From Octopus vulgaris (Eukaryota): a stretch of DNA of 248,000 bases. The stretch is taken from the NCBI GenBank assembly GCA_951406725.2, contig OX597823.1:38212001-38460000 (forward strand). Direction: 5' to 3'. Below are positions 72,818-85,307 of the stretch, in pieces (positions within the stretch are counted from its first letter, which is position 1; every line of letters begins with the position of its first letter). The notes under the pieces are model-generated. The model saw only the letters and a list, made by a program, of their open reading frames with translations, had not been told where the DNA came from and did not search any database. Both the position numbers and the translations under genes were made by a program.

Positions 72818-74071
72818 TATACTGGGTTGGACAAAATAATGGAAACAAACGAATTTATTTTAATATGGGATAGGACTGCCTTTGGCAGTAATTACAGCTT
72901 GAATTCTATGAGGTATGACTTGTACAAAGTTTGAATTGTTTCCAAAGGAATTTTTGTCCATTCTTTAGCTAGAACAGTCTCCAATTCTTGTAGTGATGAT
73001 GATGGAGGATATCGACTCTTTACTTGTTTTTCTATATTGCACCATAAATGTTCAATAATATTGAGATCTGGGAACTGTGGTAGCCAGATAAGATGTTCAA
73101 CTTCACTAGAATGTTCCTCATGCCATTCAGTAACAACTTAAGCTGTGTGAATTAGTGAATTATCATCCTGAAAGATTGCATTTCCCTCCGGAAACAGTTC
73201 TACAACCATAGGATGAATTTGATCAGATAAAATGCTTAAATAGTCCTAACTATTAATTCTGCCACTGGGCCAGCGGATTTATAAGATATAGATACCCCAC
73301 CCGGTCATCACAGATCCTCCTCCATGTTTAACAGTTGGAAGAAGGCTGTGTGGGTCAAATGCTTCTTTTGGCTGTCTCCTCACGTATACTCAACTGGTGG
73401 TCAGAAATAAGGTAAAGGATGATTTATCCAAGAAAATAACATTCTTCCACTGCTCTAGGGACCAATTCTGTAGGTTCTTACTCCAGTCTAAATGCTTTGC
73501 AATGTTTGTTTTTGAAAGTAGTGGTTTTGTGATTGTAGCCCTCCTGTGAAATCCAGCTTTGTGCAGCTATCAGCAAACAGTTTTTGTGGAAACTGGGTTC
73601 TCATGCTGGTCATTAAGCTTTGCAGTAATTTTGGGAGCTGTACTTTTGTGATCCTTTCTAACAATTAGCGTAATGATCTGACGTTTCCTATCTAAAAGTT
73701 TTGGTTTTCTTCTGGAGTTTTGTTTCAACGATGAGGCGTTTCCCTCTTTCTCAAAGGCTGTCATTACTTTTGAGACAGTACTTCTTGATACACCAAACAT
73801 TTCGGCTATTTTCGTTATACTAGTGCCTGCCATATGAGCACCAACAATTTGACCTCTTTGAAAGTCCAATAGAACTGTCATTTTAAAGAATTTTAATCAC
73901 CTTTTTCTGATGATATCTGAAAGGAAACAGCAATTTTAACAACACTTATTAAGCAACACTAATAATAAATCAAAAATATAAAAATAAACAAGCTTTTGAC
74001 AGTTTTATAGATACTTTAAAATTATGATGCTATGATGCTAGGTGTTTCTATTATTTTGTTTAACTCCTGTA
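72818..74071 (-). mobile_element. Full-length (~1.25 kb) decayed Tc1 element; 5' half repeated at 195130-195776
   Basis: Both TIRs present; ORF 73570-73881 LDFQRGQIVGAHMAG...GVSRSTVSKVM is a paired-like HTH. Confidence 0.9.
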
Positions 74072-75069
74072 TATATGCACACACACATATATGGACACAT
74101 TTACACCCAGGCATGATGATGAGAAGTATAAAAAAAACATATTATAGATATTTATATATTAATAGATCAAACTTACACAGAGTACAAACAGAAAAATATA
74201 GGGTAGGAGATAAGGTGTTACAGGTCCTAAAGAGTTTGTGGAGGGCTTTCTTGGTGCGTTCAACAGAACGTCGAGATAGACCAGTGGCTATCATCCCTTT
74301 AGAGCCCTCCAGAGAGGCATGGCTGTATAGTTAAGATGGTTGTTTTCCAACCATATGGTTTTGAATTCAGTCCCATTGTGGGGCAACTTGAGGAAGTGTC
74401 TTCTACTATAGCCCTGGGCGAATTAAAGCCTTGTGCATGGTTTTGGTAGGTGGAAACTTAAGGAAGCCTGTCATATGTATATATATCTATGTGTGTGTGT
74501 CTGTATTCGCCCCCCCCCCCTCATCACCACTTGACAACTGGTGTTGGTGTGTTTATGTCCCCAAAACTTAGCAGTTCAGCAAAAGAGACCAATAGAATAA
74601 GTACCAGGCTTAAAAAAAAATAAGTACTGGTGTTGATTCATTTGACTGAAAATTCAAGGCAGTGCCCCAGCATGGCCACAGTCTAATGACTGAAACAGGT
74701 AAAAGATAAAAGATAAAAGATACATACACACACCCCCACCTACAAAGACACACACACATATATAAATATGTATGTACATGTGTATGCATGCATATGTGTG
74801 TGTTTGTTTTCTCCATGTCTTGATACTGTGTGAAAGTTGTAAATGAGCATCACTATCATACAAGCAGTGTCCTTAATTTTTAATTTCCTGTAAAAACATG
74901 TCAGGCCAGTGAGGGTTGGTGACAAGAAGAGCATCCAACCATAGAAAATCCACCTCAATGATTTCCCTTCGGCTTATGCAAGCATGGAAAAGTAGACATT
75001 GAAATGATAATGATGATGATGATGACAATGATGATGAAGATGAATACGATGATAAATATGATGATGAAT

Positions 75070-75126
<57 letters not shown>

Positions 75127-75334
75127 CTATATTTATAACAACAAAAAAATTTGTGAGTAGTTTCTTAGTTTATTTAAAGACAAACATAAATGGTCTTTAA
75201 ATAAATAATCCTAGTTTATATCTTGTGCTGGAAGTCACTTAAAGATTGATTTTGTAGTATTAGACTTAAAAGTTTAAGATGTAAAGAGTTTGTATGTGCA
75301 TGTGTGTGTGTGTGCGTGCGTGTGTGTGTGTGTG

Positions 75335-75980
75335 TGAATTCTTCACTGTACTCGTTGCCAACCCTCACCTTACTGACAGCATCTCTGTACATGGCTTGTA
75401 TAGCTCTCACTAACCATTCATCTATCCCTAGTTTCCACATTGACCACAAGATAAAGGATTGGGAGACCCAGTCATAGGCTTTCTCCATGTCAGTGAAAGC
75501 TAGGTACAGAGGTTTATCTTTGGCTAGGTATTTCTCCTGCAGCTGTCTTACCAGAAATATAGCATCAGTGGTGCTTTTCCCCGGCACAAACCCAAACTGC
75601 ATCTCATCTCGACTGACTTTCTCCCTACTTAGTTGGGCTATGACACTCTCCGTGACTTTCATTACCTGATCCAATAACTTGATACCTCAGTAATTATTTG
75701 TATCTAATAATGCATCATCTTTACCTTTGTATCAGTTGACTATGGTGCTGCTACACCAGTCATTGGGTATGACTCCTTCATGTACCACCTCACTGACTAT
75801 ACGGGTGACTAGACTATAGCTGACACCACCAGATATTTTTAGCATCTCTGCGATGATTCCTGATGGGCCGGGGGCTTTCCCTGTTTTCATATTCTTAATT
75901 GCTTTATCTACCAATGTACTGTCAATTCAGATAGCTGGTCTTGCTGTTGGGTCAACATTCAGAAAACTCTTTCTCCCATT
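75335..75980 (-). pseudogene. RTE RT fragment
   Basis: MKTGKAPGPSGI, QFGFVPGKSTTDAIFLVRQLQEKY. Confidence 0.9.
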
Positions 75981-76589
75981 CATTCTCTTCATACACATTC
76001 TCACAATTTTACACACACACAAATACACATAATGGGAATGTATACAAAATTATATGCAGCTTCAAATTCAAATGAATATAAACAGATTTATTAATGTACA
76101 AGAAGACACAGCTTGGAATTTACCCTCATCATCATCATTTAACATCCGTTTCCATGCTGACATAGATCGGACAGTTTGACAGTGACAGGCAATTCAGAAG
76201 ATGGCACCAGGATTCACTGTCAAGGTGAGGGGATCAGAATATAAATGGGATAGTAGAGATAAATAGTAGAGAGGTGCCAGGGCATACCCTCAAGGTATGA
76301 GGATTATAATATAAATGGGATGGTAGAGTATTGCCAATAGTGCATGAATAGGGAGTAGGGACTTCACATGAGTGCAAAGAGTGTGGAGGTGGGGAATGCA
76401 GTGACTGGTGAAATATGGGTGTCTAGAAAAGGTGGGGGGACAACTGTACATCAATGAAACAGTAAGCAGGTCAGTGAAGACAGGATTAGGGAGTTGGGGA
76501 GCAATGTAGAGAATGCAGAGAAGGAGAGTCTGCCAAATGTAGACTCAACTGAGGGATCAGCTATCCAAATCAACGGTAGCTTGGTAGAT

Positions 76590-78430
76590 AAAATAATTTA
76601 GGATATGAAGGCAGAGAAAGCCTGTGGTCACTTAAATTTTCACTGCTGAGATACTTAAAATATCTGGTGGAGTGGGATATGGCTTAATCACCTATATAGC
76701 TAATCAGGCTGTCCATGAGGGAGTCATACCCAACGATGAGTGTAGCAGCATTATAATCAGCTGCTACTAAAGCAAAGGTGATGCTTTAGACAGAAATTAC
76801 TGCAGAGGCATCAAATTGCTGGACTAAGTGATGAAAGTTACAGAGAGGGTCATAGCTCAATTAATTAGGAAGAAAGTTGGCGTAGATGAGATGCAGTTTG
76901 GATTTTTGCCAGGTAGAAGCACAATTGATGTTATATTCGTGGTTAGGCAACTGCAGGAGAAGTATTTAGTCCAAAATAAAACTCTGTACTTGGCTTTTGT
77001 TGACATGGAGAAAGTCTTTCACAGGGTCCCCCCACTCCCTAACTGGTGGTCAGTGCAGAAGCTAGGGATAGATGAATGGTTGGTGAGGGCTGCACAAGTC
77101 ATGTACAGGAATGCTGCCAGTAAAGTGAAGGTTGGCAACAAGTATAGCAATGAATTCAGTGTACAGGTAGGAGTTCACCAAGGTTCAGTTCTCAGCTCCC
77201 TCTTATTTATTTTAGTTCTCCAGGCCTTAACAGAGGAATTCAATACTGACTGCCCTTGGAAGCTTCTCTATGCTGATAACCTTGTTCTTACAGGCGAATC
77301 ACCACCTTACCTAAAAAAGACTCCGCCGGTTACGACGACGAGGGTCCCAGCTGATACGATCAACGGAACAGCTTGCTCGTGAAATTAACGTGCAAATGGC
77401 TGAGCATTCCACAGACATGTGTACCCTTAACGTAGTTCTCGGGGATAATCAGCGTGACACAGAGAGTGACAAGGCTGACCCTTTGAAATACAAGTACAAC
77501 TCATTTTTGCCAGCTGAGTGGACTGGAGCAACGTGAAATAAAGTGTCTTGCTCAAGGACACAACGCGTCGCCGGGAATCGAACTCACAATCTTACGATCA
77601 TGAGCCGAATGCCCTAACCACTAAGCCACGCGCCCTCACTTCCACCTTACCTAGAGAAGAAATTTCAGGCATGGAAACATGGTCTGGAATCAAAGAGCGT
77701 CAGAGTTAATTCAGCAAAAACAAAAGCCCTAGTAAGTAGGAAAACAGACAAATCTCAAGTCCCTTCAGAGAGAAGGTGCTGTTTGATATGTAAAAACTCC
77801 TTACTTTGTACCCAGTGCTAGCTTTGGACACATAAGAGGTGTAGCAGTATCACAGGAAGGTTAATAGAGTAAATAGTCTTTGTGTGTGGCAGATGTGTGG
77901 GTACAATAAGCACAAATAATGTGCAGACAATAGACTCCCTCAAATGCTTAGGGTTATCATTAGAAGTAGTAGAAAGCCTATTTTACCTAGGTGATCAATT
78001 TAGCAGTGGAAGAGGTAGTTCTGAAAATGTAGTTGCTAGAATAAGAATGGGCTGGGCAAAGTTTAGAGAGGTTCTACCTTTGTTGGTAACTAAAGGCCTC
78101 TCCCTCAGAGTGAAAGGCAGATTGCATGATGCCTCTGTATGCACAGCCATGGGTTTTGACTCCAGAGGTGTTGTAAGGGCTTGAAAGAAATGAAGCTAGT
78201 ATGGGTAATGAAGCTGGATGGGTAATGTCTGTGTGTATGCATGATAGAGTGTAAATGATTTAAGAGGAAAACTGTGTACAAGAGCCATCAGATGTATGCA
78301 AGAGAGAAGACTGCACTGGTTTGGTCATGTGATGCATATGGATGTGGACAGCTGTGTAAAGAAGTGCTGAGCTCTAATTGTGGAGGGAATTTGTGGAAGT
78401 GGTAAACTAAGGAAGACATGGGATGAAGTC
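76590..78430 (+). pseudogene. RTE RT fragment with a nested SINE (77320-77640)
   Basis: GVHQGSVLSSLLF, LLYADNLVL, LSLRVKGRLHDA. Confidence 0.9.
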
Positions 78431-78640
78431 GTGAGAAATATATATATATATATATATTTATCAATATAGGGTAGCAAAAAAATTCAAGAAAAAATTCAAG
78501 AAAAATTTTCTGCAACCAGCGGTCAAGTGAGAAAATAGAAATAGTCACAAACTATATAATATATTCAACAAAATATTAAGGAAAGACCCTTACAGGTCGT
78601 TCGACTCACTTGAAAAGAGCAGTCGCCTTTTCTTTTGGGA

Positions 78641-78735
78641 CTTTGCTGATGAAACAAACCAATCGTAAACGGATTTAATTTAATTTAATTAAGTTCGATT
78701 GCGTTAAAATTGTTGAAACCTTGCAGGGTACAAAG
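78641..78735 (+). ncRNA. Type I hammerhead ribozyme, copy 1
   Basis: ctttg-CTGATGA-aacaa-(loop)-ttgtt-GAAA-cct-tgca-gg-GTA-caaag: 5-bp stems I and II, paired stem III, GUA triplet. Confidence 0.82.
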
Positions 78736-79132
78736 TTGGAAAAGGATAAATGTTTTTATTTCTCCTTTAGCTTTCAGAATTACTACTATTTTTGCGGTTT
78801 GAGTTTTGGCTGCTCTTTGCAAGTGAGTTGAACGACCTGTAAGGGTCTTTCCTTAATATTTTGTTGAATATATTATATAGTCTGTGACTATTTCTATTTT
78901 CTCACTTGACCGCTGGTTGCAGAAAATTTTTCTTGAATTTTTTCTTGAATTTTTTTGCTACCCTATATTGATAAATTAATAATTTTTGACTAATTCTGAA
79001 ATTGTATCAGCAGTTTATATTTGCTGCTGAGTAGTTGGCGCGGTTACGTTAGATTTCGAAAAATTAGGATATATATACTCGGGGCTTCAGTGGTATAGCC
79101 TCGTGTGTATATGTTCGCCTTTTCTTTTGGGA

Positions 79133-79227
79133 CTTTGCTGATGAAACAAACCAATCGTAAACGGATTTAATTTAATTTAATTAAGTTCGATTGCGTAAAA
79201 ATTGTTGAAACTTTGCAGGGTACAAAG
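79133..79227 (+). ncRNA. Type I hammerhead ribozyme, copy 2
   Basis: Same as copy 1 except one C>T in stem III; predicted cleavage sites are 492 nt apart. Confidence 0.78.
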
Positions 79228-79275
79228 TTGGAAAAGGATAAATGTTTTTATTTCTCCTTTAGCTTTCAGAATTAC

Positions 79276-79360
<85 letters not shown>

Positions 79361-79839
79361 TATACATACATTCACGCTCACACATACACACACATATACA
79401 TGACCAGTGCCCAGTTTCTATTTTTCTTCCTTTATCTCTTCCTTTCTTACACTGGTCCCTTAGCTGACCAGTCGCAAATTCTCTATCTCTCAGTTCTACA
79501 TCCTTCAAGACATTTTCTAAATGTTACTCACTATTCCCGTCATATTTTGTTTGACTGTTTGTCCTCATCCACCATTCTAAATCACACTCTGTGTTGTTTT
79601 GCTTGGTTTGTTTTGTTTTGTTTGATCTTGTCCATAATTCTCCACAAGAAAAAAATTTTTTGTGGGTGCCACCAATTGGGAAGCACTCAGTCTTATCATT
79701 AACGGAACGAAACAGATCAGTACCAATTGGTCAGTAACTGATGAAGAATTATTGACCTTCTGTTTGTCTTCTGTTCGTTTTTACATTCAGTATATGTTAC
79801 ATTGTTTGTTTATACATTTTTAATTTACACATATATATA

Positions 79840-81005
79840 TCAGGTCATCCCATAACTTCTGTCTGATTTTACCTTTTTAAAAATTGACTGAAATTTAATA
79901 GTATTTTAGAATGTCTAATGGAATTAAAAATTATTTTTATGCATTTGTATATATTTAAACTAATTAAATATTATTTTATACGATAATAGAATTAAAATTT
80001 CTTTGATTAAAACCCTTTCTAGTATGGAAGTATCCAAAGAGCATTTGAGGTACATAATGATTTATGAGTACAAAAAAGGAAACTCTGCAGCTGAAGCAAC
80101 TCAAAACATACACTCAGTTTATGGGAAAGAATGCTTGAATGAAAGAACTTGCAGAAGATGGTTTGCAAAATTCAGAAGTGGAGATTTCAGCTTTGAAGAT
80201 GAAGATCGAACAGGACATCCAGGAAGAAAATCCTGCATTATCAGTTGAAGAGTTGGCTTGCAACAACTTGAAAAGGTTCCTAAACTTGGAAAATGAATTG
80301 TCCGAAAGCAACTACAAATCCCGAATTGACATCTGCTCTTCTCTCCATTCTCGCGAACTCATTTTTGGATAGATTTGTGATTGGTGACAACAAATGGATC
80401 TTCTATCGAAATGTGAAACATCATAAACACTTGCTTGGTAAAAGGGAAAAAGCTCAACCACAACCGAGAAGGGAACTTCATGGAAAAAAGGTTCTTCTCT
80501 CTATCTGGTGGGATTGCAAAGGAGTAATTCACTTTGAATTGTTACCACCTAAAGCAACAATCAATGCTCAAGTCTACTGTCAGCAATTAGAGCATTTGAA
80601 CCAAGCTTTGAAGAAAAAAAGACCTGCTTTAGTGAATTGAAAAGAAGTAATGTTTCTTCAGGACAATGTGCAACCCCACACTGCAAAAATCACATCACAG
80701 AAGATCGAAAAGCTTATTTTCCCGACCTTGTTCCTTCAGACTGCCATTTGTTTCATAGTTTACAGAATCATTTGGGGTACATAACTTTCGAAAGCCAGGA
80801 GGAGGTTGATACTAACATTTCAGAGTTCTTCACTTTGAAAGCAAAAGAGTTTTACATTGATGGGATTAAAAAGCTTGTAAATAGATGAAAGGAAGTCATA
80901 GATAATCAGGGAAAGTACACTGATGATTAAATTTCAATTAAATATAACATTTGATCACTTGTTTTCTTTATTCGAAATTCGGACAGAACTTATGGGATGG
81001 CCTGA
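79840..81005 (+). mobile_element. Mariner, near full-length; same family at 146661-147910 (+) and 93575-93925 (-)
   Basis: TIRs caggtcatcccataacttctgtc / gacagaacttatgggatggcctg; MEVSKEHLRYIMIYEYKKG, VIGDNKWIFY, WWDCKGVIHFELL. Confidence 0.92.
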
Positions 81006-84000
81006 TATATATACATAGACACAGGAGTGGCTGTGTGGTAAGTAGCTTGTTCACCAACCACATAGTTCTGGGTTCAGTCCCACTGTCTGGCACCTTGGGC
81101 AAGTGTCTTCTACTATAGCCTCGGGCTGACCAAAGCCTTGTGAGTGGATTTGGTAGACGGAAACTGAAAGTAGCCTGGCGTATTTATATATGTGTATATG
81201 TATATGTTTATGTGTATGTGTGAATAGTATGTTCAGGAGTGTTCTGGTTGTCTTAAAGGACCCCATCATCATCCTTATCATCATCATGGTCATTGTCATC
81301 ATCATCACTACCACCACCACCACAATCACCACAACCTCCATTACCATCATCATTGTTGTCATCGTCGTCGTCATCATCATCATCATCATCATCATCACTG
81401 CTGCTGCCACCACCACCACTATCACCAACATCGCCTTGTTGTCACCACTGCCACCATCACCACCATCATCCTTGTTGGCATTGGTATTGTTAGCATCATC
81501 ATCACTATTGCCTTTAGTACCTTCATTTCTCCCTTTAAACAGTTCCCACATGTTGCTGCATGTGTAATGCAGTTTATACCTCAGCTGTCCCAATAATAAC
81601 ACTACGTACATGTACAATGGCAGCAGTGATATTCTGTTTAAAGCAATCAGTCAGTCACTCTACACTCTGTGGAGGACAGTGAAAAAGTTGGTTTAGTATC
81701 TATTGATCTACTAATGAGTAAGTAATAAATATTAAAATACGGTCTTACTTGTTACTCCTTTTTATTGATTTATTTACTTACCACATTGCTCTAATTAGTT
81801 TTGGTATTCCTTCAATGAGAAGGAAAAATTTTCTAGGATAAGAGTCAACAAATGAGATTGTAAGAAGGAATAAAATAAAAGTATGGAATAAAAAGCAAAT
81901 TTCATTAATCTTCAGAGTTGCAGTGGAACTGTGTGTGCTATTGACCAGGTTGTAGTTATGTAACAAAAATTTTGACACTTGATAAAATAATTTGAATTTT
82001 AAAATGAATTTAATAGCTTTCTGTGTTATTTAAATGGTTCATCCAAGATATAGTTGCTCCAATTTTAACATACAATCTCCAGTCAAGTCATTTGCTACAC
82101 AAATACAACTCTGAAATATGTGTGAATGCATGTGTAGTGTGTGTGGTGTATGTGTGCAAATATGTGTGTGTGTGTATGCACCCATATTTTACATTGTCCT
82201 CACCCCACCCCAAGCACTTAATCATCATCCCATCTCCACCATCATACATTTTCTCATGCTCCATGTATTATGCCTGCCTCTCTCTGCTCCACTCCACTCT
82301 TGAAACCTACCCAACCATTTGTCCTCACTCTCCCTCCCTTCCTCTCTCTCTCTCTCACCTTCCCTCTGTTTACTGCATCATCATAACTCTTTTACTGCGC
82401 TTCATCCCATCATCATTGGTACCTCCTGCTTTATACCCATCATTCACTACATCCACACTTCAACCCTACTCACTCTTCCCTACTTTCCTTACTTATCATC
82501 CACTCAGCACCTGTTCTTCATAATATCCACCTCCTTCAGGTGGCGAGCTGGCAGAATCATTAGCACATTGAGCAAAATGCTTAGCAGTATTTCGTTCATC
82601 TTTATGTTCTGAGCTCAAACTTCACCCCGGTTAACTTTGCCTTTCATCCTTCTGGGGTCGATAAAATAAGTACCAGTTGAGTACTGGAGTCAATGTAATC
82701 AACTAGCCCCTCCCCTGAAATTGTTGGCCTTGTTCCAAAATTTGAAACCAATATTCACCTCCTCATCATTTCCCATCTCTCATTATTTCATACACTCTGG
82801 CAACCTTCCCTCATTCACTTCTACTCACCTTGTTGTATGTTGAGGGTCTACATAACTGTCTCATCACCATTATTCCTATTTCTTTCCTCCTCCACTATGA
82901 TTAACCCACTTCACCCTCTCTTCTAAAATGTAAGTAGCCATGTGTTTGCTCTACACCAAGAAAGCTGTTCTGCTCTGGGCCTCTTCTCTCATCTTTAACC
83001 CTTCATCTCTTAGCATAAAGCCGTATCTCCACAGAGTTATAGTCTTCTTGCAAGCTGCATGGTAACCTCACTGAGGATGGTGGCATGAAAAAAAAGCACC
83101 TGGTATACATTTATGTTCCAAAGGTCATCCAGCTGTAGAAACCATACCAAAGTAGACAATGGATAATGATGCAGTCCTCAGATCTTGTCAAACTCTCTAA
83201 TTCATACCAGCATGGAACAAGAGTGTTAAATGATGATGATGATGATGACAATGACGATGATACTGATGATATCTATCCATGCACACACACACACAAATAT
83301 ATATGCATAAATACATGTGTGTGTGTATTAGCTTTTTTTCCTGTTTGTTCCAACTTCATTCAGTCTAATTTTCTTTCATTTCTCCTGCTTAATTTTATAA
83401 CATTATTCTTTGTTTAATCATTTGAAACTAAACCCAACTCATTTCTGATACATCATTTCAACAAACATAAACTTGACTCACTCCTCACGAATAAATTAGT
83501 ATAATACCCTGAGATGGTTTTAAGCCCCACTACTAGAAGTTGGTGGTTGGGGTAGTGAGATATGATATTCTAACTTTGTCTTAGTTGTTCTATTTGTAAT
83601 TTAACTCCAGCTTAATTGTAACCAGCTAGGTTCACTCCATCTTTGGTTGCATTATTCAGAATATTCTTTTCTTCTGGTCAGTTGTGCTGGAAGGAGATTT
83701 TGTTGCTATTTTTTGGTATATCTTTGGTTTCTTTTTTTGTTTAAGCCTTTTGTTATCATATTCTTATTAAAATAAATTGCCTATGTTTCAGTTGGGTTTG
83801 AAAATAACAAAGAATTTAGGGAAATAACTTTTGTCATTATTAAGCTGGTGTTTGGAACATAAATGAATATGAAATTTGATGGGAAGTTTTAATTTAGACC
83901 AATTTAAAACAGGAAGTTTGGACTATAGAACCAGGGGTTCTATGATACAGGCTTCTTGGACAATTTGGTATCAAAAGGATGGTAGGTTGTGTTGGAGGGG

Positions 84001-84360
84001 GATTTTGCTGCTATTTCCAGCAACATAATCGACCACAAAGGGACTCCCTTGTGTTTTCATTGTGATTCTTCTTAATAGCATAATCTTCACCAATGCCATT
84101 ATCTAAGTTTCTTTGATCTTTAGCATTTCTTTGCAACAAAATAAGCCATGGAAGTGAAAAATGGGAAGTAAATGTAAAATACATTTCTAGAAGAGATGAT
84201 GGAGGATTTATTTGACTGATTCATTGAATATAGGAATTTGAATCTCAGAGTCAGACAGATTGAGTGGGGGAGGGTTGGGAAAGAGAGTATGGGTAATAAG
84301 TTTTGGGAAGTATATTAGAAAAGTAGCAGCTTGGTAGCTAGCTACAAAGATAGATAGATC

Positions 84361-84435
<75 letters not shown>

Positions 84436-84461
84436 GGACGGACGGACAAGTGGACAGATGA

Positions 84462-84523
<62 letters not shown>

Positions 84524-84524
84524 G

Positions 84525-84570
<46 letters not shown>

Positions 84571-85229
84571 CAGAGAGAGATAGCAAAGGAAAGAGGAGAG
84601 AGAGAGAAAAGAGAAAGAGTCAGCTATGAAGACTTGAGTTTGTAATAAGACAAATTATACATATTATCTATTACAAAAAGGTTATGAAATATTTAAGTAA
84701 ATTTCATAGCAAAGTTTCATGTAGAAGAATCAGCCCCTTGGAAAATGTGACAAAATCTTCCTGATATAGCTTTTGTTATGCTGACGATGGGGAAGATAGG
84801 TGGGAGGTAGGCTTCCAAGAGGGGATCACTTCATATAGTTATTAGATCTAGTAATAAGGTGTTCCATAAGTAGATGAGAGTAGCAAAACAATTCTATGGT
84901 TGCTACTGTTGTTGTTGTTCTTGTTGCTGTTGTCACTGTTGTTGTTTTACTCCAAGTTGACCCTGGTTAAACAGAACTATGCCCAAAAGCATTCTCCTTT
85001 TATGGTTTTTCAGGGTCAGCATCATCCAATGCATTCTTTGTTTTTAAAAGCAGAATGTAATTTGAAAATGATTTAGCTGTTGTTTCTAGCAACAACCTTA
85101 CTGGCTCCCTGCTTTCCAGAGAGGTGTAACAAAAATACATTTTTTTGTTTTAGTTTTGTTAAAAGTTATAAGCAGAGAGAGAGAGAGAATGAAAGAGAGA
85201 AAGTGAGAGAGAGAGAGAGAAAGGGGGAA

Positions 85230-85307
<78 letters not shown>

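Larger units (their letters stand above)
78457..79280 (+). mobile_element. PLE-type terminal cluster: two direct HHR-containing repeats plus an inverted segment
   Basis: Architecture A(78457-78625)-B-A'(inverted, 78790-78975)-C-B; B = gccttttcttttgggactttgctgatga...cagaattactacta; flanked by (TA)n. Confidence 0.8.
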
